DNA from: Polyangiaceae bacterium
GTDB lineage: Bacteria; Myxococcota_A; Polyangia; Polyangiales; Polyangiaceae
Length of the DNA: 64,000 nt
Assembly (NCBI GenBank): GCA_033763455.1
Contig: JANRKO010000019.1
Location: 1 to 64,000 of the forward strand
Direction: 5' to 3'
Within the stretch, counting starts at the first letter, position 1, and every line of letters begins with the position of its first letter. Below the pieces are notes generated by a model. The model was not told the origin of the DNA and searched no databases. It saw nothing but the letters and a program-made list of their open reading frames with translations. The position numbers were made by a program, and so were the translations under genes. This document shows positions 38,741 to 49,159 of this stretch, in pieces.

Positions 38741-41700
38741 TGAACTTCGTCGCCGTCCGAGCTTTCGGGCGCCAGCGTGTCCACAGGAGAGCCTTTGAGC
38801 AGGTTGTCGCGCACGCGCGGCGCCAACGTTTCGCTGCGTGCTTGCACTCCTTCATTCACCTTAACGCTCACCAGCTTGGAAACGCCCGGTTCGCCCATCG
38901 TAACGCCGTACAATACGTCTACCGATTGCATCGTTTGCTTGATGTGGGTGATCAAGATGAACTGGCTGCGTTCCGTCATAGAACGAATAGCTTCGTTGTA
39001 GCGGGACACGTTGGCTTCATCCAGCGGGGCGTCAACCTCGTCCAGAATACAGAACGGGGAGGGCTTGTGCTGGAAGATCGCGAAGATCAGAGAAACTGCC
39101 GTGAGCGCTTTTTCTCCGCCACTCATCAATTCAATATTGCCAAGCTTCTTGCCCGGTGGCTGGGCCATAATGTCCACCCCCGTAGCCAGCATGTCGTCGG
39201 GGTTGGTGAGCAGAAGCTCACCGCGACCGCCGCGGAACATTCGACTAAATGTTGCGCGGAAAAGTGCATTGATGGAGTCGAATGCTTCTTGGAAACGCTT
39301 CTTGGACTCACGATTCATATGCTTAATCGCCCGATCCAAGTCAATTAGCGCACGTTCGATGTCTTCCTTCTGCGCCGAGAGAGAAACGAAGCGACTTTCC
39401 GCATCGTCGTGCTCGGCCTTTGCGTCGAGATTCACAGGGCCCATTCGGTCGATGAGCTTAGTGAGCTCGTCGATGCGCCGGTGGTGCTCCTCATCCGGAG
39501 CGGACCGCATGTGATAGGTGCCAACCACGCGATTGAGGTCCAAGCCTCGGAAACGCTCGCGAATATTCTGCAGCAAATGCTCGCGGCTCAGCTCATTGCG
39601 CTGCACGGACATTTCATGCTTGCGGCTTGCTTCGTCGAGGAGAGAAAGCTCCTCGCGCACTTGCTTCAGAGAGGCTTCGTGCTCGGTGAGTGCGTGGCGC
39701 GCCTGCTCCAGCTGGGTGCGAATTTCATTTAAGTACTGGTGAGCAACGCGTGCGGCTTCGAGGGCAGTTATACGATTCTCGCGGGAAAGTAGGAGAACGG
39801 CCGCAGTCTCTCCATAACTGCGCGCGGCCTCTTCCATGTCCTCCTTGAGGCGGTTCGAGCGGGTGACTAGCTCACCAATAGTGGCTTCTACGCGTGACGC
39901 CGAAATGCGGGTGGCTTCTACCTGTTCGCGAACCTGAGCGAGCCGCACTTTGCGGTCCGTTACCAGTTGCGCTTGGGCCTCTGCTTGTTCCTTCCAAGAC
40001 TGCGCTCGAGCTTCAGCTTTTGCGAGGGCTGACTGGGCCTGTTCGAGCAGAGCTCGCAACACGTCCAGCTGTTCCCGAGACGCTTGCTCTTCGAGAGTGG
40101 TTCGGGTGATCACCGACTCCAACTCTGCGAGCTCCGCAGCTATGGCAGCGTGACGAGTACGCAAGCGCTCTAGCTCGCCGTTCGTGCGCACTAAGTCTTT
40201 TTCGGCACTCACGTGAGCCAATTCACCTTCGTGAGCGCCTTTACGCGCGCGGTCGAGTGATGTTTCTGCCGCAGTAATGCGTCCACGCAAAGCGTTGTGA
40301 CTCTCGAAAAGCTTTTGGTACTCCGCCTCCAGGCGAGACACTTCGGTGGTGAGCGAGTGCATCTCGCGCTTCTGCTCCACCATGGCGGAGGCAACCTCAT
40401 CCCCGCCGCCACCGCTCACAACGCCACTCGGACGCGCCACGGTGCCGTCCAACGCAACAGCCGTAAAGTCAGGGTGACGTGCGACGAACTGCACGGCGTG
40501 TTCACTCGACGTAACCAGCACCGCATCGCCAACGATGGCTCGAACCAACGCCTCATCGGCAGCTTCATAACGAAGCTGATCGGCAAGGGAGCCTAGCACG
40601 CCGGGTTCATCCGAAAACGCGCGAGCGCCGCCAGCAATATAGCCCGGCCGAGCCGCAACCACGGTTGCACGCCCACGCTGATTTTCCCGAAGATCGTCGA
40701 GCAGGTGGAGACCGTGCTCCAGATCAGAAACCACGATGTATTGAAGGCGTTCGCCCAAAAGCGAAGCGAAAGCCAAGGTAAGCTCTTCGGGTGCTTCGAT
40801 CCGGTCTGCAACCATTCCGAGCACTTCGGGATCCGCTTTTCCTAGGAGTGCTCGGGCGCCAGCCCCCACGCCCTCGAGGCGGCGGTGCAGCTCCTCAAGA
40901 GCCCGCAAGCGATTGCGGCGGAGGCTGAGCTCATTTTTACGGCTATCGACGGCTCGTTCACTGTCGAGCAATTGGCCGCGCAGAACGTTCACTTCTTTTT
41001 CGAGCGATTCTTGCTCGGCGAAGGTAAGCCGTTTGCCTTCCGCAGTTTCGGCGACGCTCTGTTCCAGCGCATGGCGCCGCGCCTCGAATTCATTCTGCTC
41101 TCCGAGTACCGATTGGTGCTCCGTTGAGAGCTTATCGCGGCGGATGTGCGTTTCCGCAATGCGCTGCACGAGCCCATCGAGCCGCACTTCGGCTGCTGTG
41201 GTATTGTTGGTTGCCTCGGCAACCTCACGCCGCAAGTTTTGTACAGTCTGGTTGGCTCCAGTTTCGTCGGATCGAAGCGCATCAAGCTTCTCGTTTTCCG
41301 CTTGAGCATCGGCTTGGCGAGCTGATTCGTCCGCACCTAAGGACTCTGCTCGCTGGAGGAGCTCCGCGTGTTCAGCGCGCAGCTCTGCGAGCTTTGGTAA
41401 GATCTCGGACAGTTCGGCTTCTGCTGCTTCTAGCCTATCATTCAAGTGGGAGAGCTTGTCGCGTGCGCGATCCATCTCTGCCTGCAAGCCGCTTACTTCG
41501 TTGTCAGCGTGAAAGGCCCGGCGTGCCCCGTCGTCCGCCAGAACCTCGGTATCCATGGCAGATTTGCGGAGCTCTTCGAGCAGGAGCTCGGCAGCCTTTA
41601 GCTGTTCGCGGAGCACAAGCGACGAGCTCTCAGCATGCTCAAGGGCCGCTCTGTCCACCTTCTCAGTAACGATAAGCTCGAGCAATCGATGGGAAGCGTC

Positions 41701-42405
41701 GTGCAAGACAAGATCTTCCAGCTCTTCGCGATAAACGAGAAAACGCTCAGCTTTTGCCACCTGGCGCTTCAACGAGACGCGCGTTCGATCAATTTCTGCG
41801 ATGATGTCGCTCACACGCGCGAGATTCTGACGCGTGAGCTCCATCTTCCGCTCGGCCTGGTGTCGGCGGTGCTTATATTTTGTGATGCCGGCGGCTTCTT
41901 CGATAAATAGCCGTCGATCTTCGGGGCGGGCCGAAACGATCTGCCCAATGCGACCTTGCTCAACAATTGAATAAGCCTTGGTGCCCACACCCGTTCCGAG
42001 AAACAGATCGGTGATGTCGCGAAGCCGCACAGTCGTGCGGTTAAGCTGATATTCACTCGTCCCGTCGCGAAAGAGCCGGCGAGTCACCGCGATCTCAGGG
42101 AAATCTTTGTACTCAAGAGGGAGTGTGTCGGCGTATTCTGGGTTCGTATTATCGAAAGTGAGCGTGACTTCAGCCAAGCCTGCCTGGGCCCGGGAATCCG
42201 ACCCGTTGAAGATCACGTCTTCCATCGAGCGACCGCGAAGGTGCTTGGCGCTCTGCTCGCCCATGCACCAGCGGATGGCGTCCACAATGTTGGACTTGCC
42301 ACAGCCGTTTGGACCGACGATGCCAATCACGTCGTGGTCGAAGTGGATGGTGGTCCGGTCGACGAACGACTTAAACCCTGCTATTTCGAGCTTCTTGATG
42401 TGCAT
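38731..42405 (-). CDS. smc: Chromosome segregation protein SMC
   Basis: GFKSF, GPNGCGKSN, hinge, long coiled coils, MSGGEK, LDEVDAPLD. Confidence 0.98.
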   Translation of the reverse strand: MHIKKLEIAGFKSFVDRTTIHFDHDVIGIVGPNGCGKSNIVDAIRWCMGEQSAKHLRGRSMEDVIFNGSDSRAQAGLAEVTLTFDNTNPEYADTLPLEYKDFPEIAVTRRLFRDGTSEYQLNRTTVRLRDITDLFLGTGVGTKAYSIVEQGRIGQIVSARPEDRRLFIEEAAGITKYKHRRHQAERKMELTRQNLARVSDIIAEIDRTRVSLKRQVAKAERFLVYREELEDLVLHDASHRLLELIVTEKVDRAALEHAESSSLVLREQLKAAELLLEELRKSAMDTEVLADDGARRAFHADNEVSGLQAEMDRARDKLSHLNDRLEAAEAELSEILPKLAELRAEHAELLQRAESLGADESARQADAQAENEKLDALRSDETGANQTVQNLRREVAEATNNTTAAEVRLDGLVQRIAETHIRRDKLSTEHQSVLGEQNEFEARRHALEQSVAETAEGKRLTFAEQESLEKEVNVLRGQLLDSERAVDSRKNELSLRRNRLRALEELHRRLEGVGAGARALLGKADPEVLGMVADRIEAPEELTLAFASLLGERLQYIVVSDLEHGLHLLDDLRENQRGRATVVAARPGYIAGGARAFSDEPGVLGSLADQLRYEAADEALVRAIVGDAVLVTSSEHAVQFVARHPDFTAVALDGTVARPSGVVSGGGGDEVASAMVEQKREMHSLTTEVSRLEAEYQKLFESHNALRGRITAAETSLDRARKGAHEGELAHVSAEKDLVRTNGELERLRTRHAAIAAELAELESVITRTTLEEQASREQLDVLRALLEQAQSALAKAEARAQSWKEQAEAQAQLVTDRKVRLAQVREQVEATRISASRVEATIGELVTRSNRLKEDMEEAARSYGETAAVLLLSRENRITALEAARVAHQYLNEIRTQLEQARHALTEHEASLKQVREELSLLDEASRKHEMSVQRNELSREHLLQNIRERFRGLDLNRVVGTYHMRSAPDEEHHRRIDELTKLIDRMGPVNLDAKAEHDDAESRFVSLSAQKEDIERALIDLDRAIKHMNRESKKRFQEAFDSINALFRATFSRMFRGGRGELLLTNPDDMLATGVDIMAQPPGKKLGNIELMSGGEKALTAVSLIFAIFQHKPSPFCILDEVDAPLDEANVSRYNEAIRSMTERSQFILITHIKQTMQSVDVLYGVTMGEPGVSKLVSVKVNEGVQARSETLAPRVRDNLLKGSPVDTLAPESSDGDEVQVA

Positions 42406-42736
42406 CAGCAATTGCCCAAGGCGGGGGTTAGCCCCGCGAGTATTAACCAGGTTAGGGGGAGAGGCGAACGGCCCGTCGCCCAGCAGTTGGCCTGCTTAAC
42501 GCAACCAAGTGTGATGTATGGCCACGTCATGCAACTTCTCTTGTACGACCCTGAACACTTGCGCACAAGCCCAAAAGTGCAGTGGGAGGTCAAATTGCCC
42601 CTACTCCGCCAGGGTAACCAGATCGTAAGCCGGCCAGGGTAAACTACTCGGCCAGCACGTAGCCAGAGCGGCCCGCGACTGTTACCCAGTGCCGCTTGAC
42701 AGCAGCAGTGGGCAGACGCATTTCCGAGGCCGTCCC

Positions 42737-43096
42737 ATGACCTACGAATACGTTTGCACAGCCTGTGCCCACTCCTGGGAGGCGGAACAGTCCATCAAGG
42801 CGGATCCCCTTCGCACATGCCCCGCGTGTGGAAAAGAAACCGCGAAACGCCAGGTTTCGGCGGGTGGTGGCTTCATTCTCAAGGGTGGCGGCTGGTACGC
42901 GGATGGCTACGCCAGTGCCGGTGCGAAGGGTTCTAGCGATGCGTCGTCAGAGTCCAGCAAGTCCACGGCCACTCCCGCGGCCAGCGATAAGTCTTCAGCT
43001 GCGCCTGCTGCGGCTGCGCCTGCAGCAACGCCCAGTTCGTCGGCCGGCAGTTCAGGTGGCTCGTCCGGCACGGGAAGCTCCGGCAGCTCGACGTAA
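42737..43096 (+). CDS. FmdB-family zinc-ribbon protein
   Basis: YEYVCTAC...CPACG...FILKGGGWYADGY, Ser/Ala-rich tail. Confidence 0.9.
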   Translation: MTYEYVCTACAHSWEAEQSIKADPLRTCPACGKETAKRQVSAGGGFILKGGGWYADGYASAGAKGSSDASSESSKSTATPAASDKSSAAPAAAAPAATPSSSAGSSGGSSGTGSSGSST

Positions 43097-43154
43097 GCGG
43101 CGAGAATAAGGTCCCCTGGTCAGGAGGCAGCCGAGCTGCTGAAATGCCACCTCC

Positions 43155-44234
43155 ATGACTGAACCCCAAGATCCCGAACTAGTGAGACTGCGCAAAGCGA
43201 TGCAGTCACTGGACTTGGAGATTGTGGGGCGGCTCACTCAACGCGCAGAGCTTTCGGTAGCGCTTCGAAAGCTCCGCGAAAGAGGCGTTAATCTGTCAGC
43301 GAGTGAGCCAAACGAAGAGGCGTGGCTCGAAGGGCTGAGCCGCGCCGGAGCAGGGGTGCTGCCGAAGGAAAGCGTGCGGCGCATTTTTGGCGCTGTTCGA
43401 GCCGAAGCGCGCGGCCTTGAACAGTTGGTTCGGGTGGCGTTTATGGGCACCGAAGGCGGTTTTGGCCACGAGCTGGCAACGTCGTATTTCGGCTCAAGCG
43501 CAGAGCTTGAGCCGGCCCCCACCGCGGAGGACGCTCTCGCACAGGTGCTGCGCGGCCGCGCGGGATTTGCGACGTTTCCGATAGAATCTTCTAACGAAGG
43601 CTTGGTGCAAACGTCCGTGACCGCGCTGGCCAAGACGGAGCTGCCCATTGTCGCGGAGCGCTCAATTCTTGCGAACTATAACCTTATGAGCCTCGACCCA
43701 GGCTCAACCATCGAGCGGATTTTTCTAACTCCCCAAGCACACGCGGCCTGCGAACGGTTTCTCTTGGTTGAATACCCAAACGTCGCGGTGGTGGACGTGC
43801 GGTCCCCCCTTTTAGCTGCAAAAGAAGCGGCAGCAGCCCAGGATGCAGCGTGCATTGTTCCCGACGGGTGCGGAAAGCATTTTGGCCTTTCCGCACTCCG
43901 TACGAACGTGAGCGAGGTTGCGGATCTCCGGTATCGCTACGCAATTGTTGGCACCCGGCCGGCAATGCGTACAGGCATGGATACCACCTGCTTACTATTC
44001 GGCGGGGACGATTCACCGGGCGCTTTGTACGGAATTTTGGGCCAATTTGCCGAGCGGGGTATCAACCTGAAGAAGCTGCAGTCCCGGCCTCGTGAAGCGG
44101 GAGGTTGGGATTACGTTTTCTATGTTGAAGTTGCGGGGCACGTTTCGGATCGCGCCGTGGTAACGGCTCTTGAAGCCGTGAGGCGTTCCGCGAAATACCT
44201 GAAAGTGCTCGGAAGTTTTCCGAGCGAACAGTGA
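43155..44234 (+). CDS. pheA: Chorismate mutase/prephenate dehydratase (P-protein), divergent
   Basis: N-terminal CM-like helix, PIESSNEG, ACT domain (GINLKKLQSRP, YLKVLGSFP); usual TRF motif reads YRY. Confidence 0.82.
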   Translation: MTEPQDPELVRLRKAMQSLDLEIVGRLTQRAELSVALRKLRERGVNLSASEPNEEAWLEGLSRAGAGVLPKESVRRIFGAVRAEARGLEQLVRVAFMGTEGGFGHELATSYFGSSAELEPAPTAEDALAQVLRGRAGFATFPIESSNEGLVQTSVTALAKTELPIVAERSILANYNLMSLDPGSTIERIFLTPQAHAACERFLLVEYPNVAVVDVRSPLLAAKEAAAAQDAACIVPDGCGKHFGLSALRTNVSEVADLRYRYAIVGTRPAMRTGMDTTCLLFGGDDSPGALYGILGQFAERGINLKKLQSRPREAGGWDYVFYVEVAGHVSDRAVVTALEAVRRSAKYLKVLGSFPSEQ

Positions 44235-44248
44235 GCGCAGAAAGTCCT

Positions 44249-45331
44249 ATGTCAAACTTGGTAACCGCCAGTATCGACCGCCTGCGCCCCTATCAGGCGG
44301 GCAAGCCCATCGAAGAGCTTGAGCGTGAGCTCGGCATAAAAGACGCCGTGAAGCTTGCGTCCAACGAAAATCCCCTTGGAGCAAGCCCCAAGGTGCTCGC
44401 AGCCCTGCCCGGGCTTCTAGCTCAGATTGCTCGGTATCCCGATGGCTCCGCCCACAAGCTGCGAGAGGCCATTGCTGCGTTTCACGGGGTTTCGCTAGAG
44501 GAAGTCATCTGCGGGGCCGGTTCGAACGAATTGCTGGAGTTGCTTTACCGTACGTTCACCACCCACGAGCATCACGCGGTCTTTGGCGAACCTTCGTTCG
44601 TGATCTATCGCGCTGGAGCGATGGCACACGGGGTGCCTTTTACTGCGGTGCCCCTCACCAACGAAGTGCACGATCTGGACGCGATGGCGGCGGCTGTAAC
44701 GCCGAAGACTCGCCTTCTGTTTATCGCCAATCCCAATAATCCCACCGGCACATACGTGGGCCGGCAAGCAGTGGAACGCCTCCTCTGCGAGGTGCCCCCG
44801 GAAGTTATCATCGTGATGGATGAGGCCTACGTGGAGTACGCGGAGGCTCGGGACTACCCGGATTGTTCCAAGCTCCGGAGCCTGCGCGAACGGCTCGTAG
44901 TGCTGCGCACATTCTCCAAGGTCTATGGCCTGGCCTCTCTTAGGGTCGGTTACGCGCTTGGGCCTGCCACGCTCATTGATTACATGAATCGACTGCGCCC
45001 GCCGTTCAACGTGGGCCACCTAGGTCAAGCAGCGGGGCCGATTGCGCTGGCCGATCAGGAACACGTGAAGTTGAGCCAAAGCCTGAATTCCAGCGAGCGC
45101 CGCCGTATGGAGCGTGAGCTTACAGCGTTGGGGTTCAAGGTAACTCCGAGTCAGGCAAATTTTGTTTGGGTGGATACGGGGCGAAAAGCGTCGGAGCTCT
45201 ACGAAGCGTTGCTGCGGCAAGGGGTGATAGTGCGGCCATTTGGCAATTTCCCTGGTCATCTGCGGATCACCGTGGGCACAAGCGCCGAAAACGATCGCCT
45301 GTTTGCGGCGCTCGGAAAGGTGCTTCCATGA
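44249..45331 (+). CDS. hisC: Histidinol-phosphate aminotransferase
   Basis: KLASNENPLG, NPNNPTG, DEAY, RTFSKVYGLASLRVGY. Confidence 0.95.
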   Translation: MSNLVTASIDRLRPYQAGKPIEELERELGIKDAVKLASNENPLGASPKVLAALPGLLAQIARYPDGSAHKLREAIAAFHGVSLEEVICGAGSNELLELLYRTFTTHEHHAVFGEPSFVIYRAGAMAHGVPFTAVPLTNEVHDLDAMAAAVTPKTRLLFIANPNNPTGTYVGRQAVERLLCEVPPEVIIVMDEAYVEYAEARDYPDCSKLRSLRERLVVLRTFSKVYGLASLRVGYALGPATLIDYMNRLRPPFNVGHLGQAAGPIALADQEHVKLSQSLNSSERRRMERELTALGFKVTPSQANFVWVDTGRKASELYEALLRQGVIVRPFGNFPGHLRITVGTSAENDRLFAALGKVLP

Positions 45332-46332
45332 GGCACTTGAAGCACATTAGCTGGGCGCAAGTGCTGGTTCTGAGTCTGTCGGTCGCGATAGCTGGTTGCG
45401 CCAAAAAAGACGAAGTGGTGGTGCACGCGGCCGAGGGTGCGGGCGTCTCCGCGGAAGAGTTAGAAAGGGATCCTTCGGCGCTCCTGCCTGGGCGCTCAGT
45501 GGCGGTTGGCTACTTGGATGCCCAGCAACTATTCGCTTCCGAGTTTGGGACTCGCTTGCTCACGATTTGGGCCCGCCGGGCGCCCATACCCGCAGGGGCA
45601 GATTTCGACCCCCGACGCGATTTACGGTCTTTGTACATCGGGGCTTACTCGATGCAGGGCGCAGATTTTCTGGGGGTGGCCGTGGGCACGTTCAACCCAG
45701 AACGCCTGGAAGCTGCAGCCGCGGCAAGTGGGCAAACACCCCAGGGCATTCCAATAGTCGAGACACGGTATGCAGAAAGGCGCTTGTTCATTGCCGATAC
45801 AGTGGGGTTCGTTGCACTCACCCCCAAGTTAATGCTCGTCGGCAACCCGACTGGGCTCAGGCGGGCGTTGGATCGCATTCAGCAGCGTCGCGTTAAGCGC
45901 GAGATCCCGAGTTGGTTCAGTTCGCAGCTTTCGGCGAGCTCGCTTCCGCCCATTGTGGTGGGTGCTGATTTTAGGGCCTCCCCGCTGCCTGAGTCTGTGC
46001 GTCAGCGGTTCCCTTTGGTTGTAGGGTTGGAAACCGTTGGGCTTCTGGGGAATTTCATGCCGCCAGGCATCAACCTCGCGGGAACCTTTGGTTACCACGA
46101 CGCACCACAAGCGCTTGCGGGGGCAAACAACATTAGCCTGCTGTATCAAAACCTGAGCTCATATTCCCTCATAATGTCCCTCATGGGGATCGGGCAACCG
46201 ATACGGAAACTCGAAGTTCAGCCAAAAGATAAGGAGCTCGCAGTGGTGGCGGAGATTGACGGACGCGCCGTAGGTCAGTTGTTGGACCAGGCTGACGCTT
46301 GGCTCAATGCGAATACTGGGCGAGGTAAATAA
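45328..46332 (+). CDS. Hypothetical lipoprotein
   Basis: ATG overlapping hisC stop; lipobox IAGC. Confidence 0.75.
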   Translation: MRHLKHISWAQVLVLSLSVAIAGCAKKDEVVVHAAEGAGVSAEELERDPSALLPGRSVAVGYLDAQQLFASEFGTRLLTIWARRAPIPAGADFDPRRDLRSLYIGAYSMQGADFLGVAVGTFNPERLEAAAAASGQTPQGIPIVETRYAERRLFIADTVGFVALTPKLMLVGNPTGLRRALDRIQQRRVKREIPSWFSSQLSASSLPPIVVGADFRASPLPESVRQRFPLVVGLETVGLLGNFMPPGINLAGTFGYHDAPQALAGANNISLLYQNLSSYSLIMSLMGIGQPIRKLEVQPKDKELAVVAEIDGRAVGQLLDQADAWLNANTGRGK

Positions 46333-46334
46333 CT

Positions 46335-47039
46335 ATGAAACTCCCTGTGGTAGCGATCGATGGCCCCGCGGGGGCGGGAAAAACAACCGTGAGTCAGCGG
46401 GTTGCAGACGCGCTCGGCTATACGTTGGTGGACACCGGAGCGCTCTATCGTTCCGTCGCCCTAGCTGCCAAGGAAGCGAACGTTGATTGGGATGATGCGG
46501 AGGGCGTGGGGCGCGTTGCCGAACGGCTTGCGCGCGAGCATTCGATTCGCTTTGGGTCCAGTGCTCCTGGCCAGCGGCGGATTTATCTAGGTGAACGCGA
46601 TGTGTCGGAGGCCATTCGAGCCGCTGACATTAGCCAAGGGGCTAGTCGCGTTTCGGCACTCCCAAGCGTGCGTGCGGCACTGCTCGAAATGCAGCGCTCG
46701 GCCGGTGAAGGCGGGGGCGTGGTATTGGAGGGGCGTGACATCGGAACCGTGGTTTTTCCGAGTGCTGAGGCCAAATTTTTCTTAACTGCGAACGTTGAAG
46801 TGCGGGCCCGACGGCGCCACGAGGAGTTGCGCGCGAAGGGGACGGCCGCAGAGCTCGCCGAAGTAGCGCGTGAGGTGGCTGAACGCGACAAACGGGATAG
46901 CTCACGTCCCATAGCCCCGCTGCGCCAGGCAGACGATGCCACGGTTGTGGACAGTTCTGAGCTGGGCATCGACGAAGTCGTGCGGTTAATTGTGAGTCGC
47001 GTAGAGGAAGTAGCAAAGGCTCTGAACCCTCCAGCATGA
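46335..47039 (+). CDS. cmk: Cytidylate kinase
   Basis: VAIDGPAGAGKTT, DTGALYR, EGRDIGTVVFP. Confidence 0.97.
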   Translation: MKLPVVAIDGPAGAGKTTVSQRVADALGYTLVDTGALYRSVALAAKEANVDWDDAEGVGRVAERLAREHSIRFGSSAPGQRRIYLGERDVSEAIRAADISQGASRVSALPSVRAALLEMQRSAGEGGGVVLEGRDIGTVVFPSAEAKFFLTANVEVRARRRHEELRAKGTAAELAEVAREVAERDKRDSSRPIAPLRQADDATVVDSSELGIDEVVRLIVSRVEEVAKALNPPA

Positions 47040-47959
47040 CGCCGCGCCTTGCTCGGCGAGCTTGCGGCAAACTCGCGTTCGTTGGTTTCTTAGGCCTTGC
47101 GGGCAGCTGCGATTCTACCCAGTTCCCCGAGCCGCGTAGGCCCGCCTCGGCGCCACGCATATTCGACGGGCTTGACTTCATTCCAAGAGATCTCGACGTG
47201 GTAGTGCGCCTGGATCTTGAGCAGATCCGGCTCGCGCTAGGCGCCCATGTGCTGAACCAACTGCGTGCTCAGTCCACGTTTGGTTCGACCACGCCCGGTG
47301 CTCTCGACTCCGCCCTGGATACGGCCCGAACAGCATGGCTTGGGTTCCGGCCGGCTGCGTCCACGGAGCTCCTCGATAGCGTGTTGGTATTCAGTGGCAG
47401 GTTTGCTCGGCGGGAGCTGCACACCGAAGCTCCGAAAACGTGGGCTCCGGCGGAGGATCTTGGGGGCCTGCTGCGTCGCTATCAACGTTTGGGTGCGGTA
47501 CGCCGGGCTGAACCAGCTCGAGCTTATCTGCGCGGCGATGATCTCTTGGCTTTTGTCTCAGCCGTAGAGATCGACAGCGTGGAACGCGTTTTGGCCCAGG
47601 GTGCCGATCCTGACCGCCTGCAGCCTGTGGCCCGCGGCCTGGTGTCGTTTGCGCTGCGGCCACGTGCGCTACCGATGTCACTGCACCAACGTGCCCCTAA
47701 GCTCGCTGAACGCCTCGGGCGGGCTCGGAGGATCCGCGGAGCTGTGGATGCAGAGGGGGATTGGCTCGAAGCTGTCGTCGAGATCGACTTCTCCAGCGAA
47801 GTGGAGGCTGCCGAGGCCGTGGCGCTTTCGCGCGAGTTACTGGTGGTGGCCAAGGAGCTCTATCCCAAGCTGGCGCAGTTTATCGCCAGTGCTGAGCTGG
47901 ACGCTCAGGGGCCAGTCCTCGTGCTTAAAGCGCGTCTTCGGACAGTCGGGATTCGTTAG
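47036..47959 (+). CDS. Hypothetical lipoprotein
   Basis: Coupled to cmk stop (ATGA); AGSC lipobox-like. Confidence 0.7.
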   Translation: MTPRLARRACGKLAFVGFLGLAGSCDSTQFPEPRRPASAPRIFDGLDFIPRDLDVVVRLDLEQIRLALGAHVLNQLRAQSTFGSTTPGALDSALDTARTAWLGFRPAASTELLDSVLVFSGRFARRELHTEAPKTWAPAEDLGGLLRRYQRLGAVRRAEPARAYLRGDDLLAFVSAVEIDSVERVLAQGADPDRLQPVARGLVSFALRPRALPMSLHQRAPKLAERLGRARRIRGAVDAEGDWLEAVVEIDFSSEVEAAEAVALSRELLVVAKELYPKLAQFIASAELDAQGPVLVLKARLRTVGIR

Positions 47960-48002
47960 GAGTCGCAAGTGCACGCGGGGCCGTGGTAGGCGGTCGCTCC
48001 GT

Positions 48003-48992
48003 ATGACAGTACCTGACCGCCGAGGAGGTCTCTCGCATCGTGCGGTTTTCTGGGGATTAGCCGTGGGGGCTACTCTCTGCCTATCCCTTGGGGCGACTCT
48101 CTATTGGCACTTCGTGCACTCTAGCCGAACGGCCGCGCGCCACATTCCGAGCAATTTTTCCGCGCTTCGGATCGATGTGGAACAGGTAATCTTCTTCGAG
48201 CCCGTTCGTCGCCACCTATTTCCGCTGGTGAATGAGCTGCCTACACCAACGACCAAATCGGCTCGACGTATGGTTCGCTTGGAACAAGCTGCTGATACGC
48301 GGTTGGCTTTCGATCTTCGGGAGTTAGTGCTCAGTTGGGACGGCAAGGGCGAGTGGGTTGGCATTGTTACCGGGAAATTCCCTCGACAAAAAATGGTCCC
48401 CGCCATTGTTGCGGAGCTCAAGGCTTCGGGTTGGGGAGTGGGTTCACCTATCGCCCTCGGCGGGGCCCGCCAAGCGTTTCGACTCACCGGGGACCTCACG
48501 CTCGCCGAGGCCGAAGACGGCACCATCCTGTTCGGGAGTCCGCGAGCGGTAGGGCTGGGGCTTGCCCCGAATGAAGAAGTGTTGCCGCTGGCTGGGCCCG
48601 GGGCTGTGTCAGTTTCGGGGCTCGCGTGGGAACGCTTGGCTAATGCCGCCCAAAGCGTGGCTTGGCTGACCCCCCAAACCGCGGGCATGCTGACTCGATG
48701 GACCGGCCTTCGAGGCCGCTTCCAGATTGGCTCCGAGATTACGTTAGACCTAGACATCGGGCTGCGGAGTGGCTCGGAGGCCAATGTCGAGAAGCTTCTG
48801 GCGGCGTTGAACGAGCTCGCCAATGCTCAGCATCAAAAGCCTTTGCCTAGGGCGAAAGTGGCGATCACGGGGGCTTCGACGACGGGTTTCCATGCACGCA
48901 TTGAGTGGCCCAAAGAGGCTGCGCTTCCCTATGCTGAGCTTGCGGCTCGGGCCATTTTGGCCGCGGCCAGGCCACCGGCGCAGCGTCCGTAG
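48003..48992 (+). CDS. Hypothetical membrane-anchored protein
   Basis: Start moved to MTVPDRR; single N-terminal TM. Confidence 0.7.
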   Translation: MTVPDRRGGLSHRAVFWGLAVGATLCLSLGATLYWHFVHSSRTAARHIPSNFSALRIDVEQVIFFEPVRRHLFPLVNELPTPTTKSARRMVRLEQAADTRLAFDLRELVLSWDGKGEWVGIVTGKFPRQKMVPAIVAELKASGWGVGSPIALGGARQAFRLTGDLTLAEAEDGTILFGSPRAVGLGLAPNEEVLPLAGPGAVSVSGLAWERLANAAQSVAWLTPQTAGMLTRWTGLRGRFQIGSEITLDLDIGLRSGSEANVEKLLAALNELANAQHQKPLPRAKVAITGASTTGFHARIEWPKEAALPYAELAARAILAAARPPAQRP

Positions 48993-49159
48993 CAGCCCGG
49001 TAGGGAAACACGGTGGGATCCGGCTTGGTTTTTGCGTTTGACGCCCCGTCGCGGGTGCGCTACCTGAGCGCCCCCCAAACCCATAACTGCACTTTCGTGG
49101 TGCCCTAACAATTCCGAACTCGGACCGGATTCTGACCGAGGAGAACCGAAGACATTACC

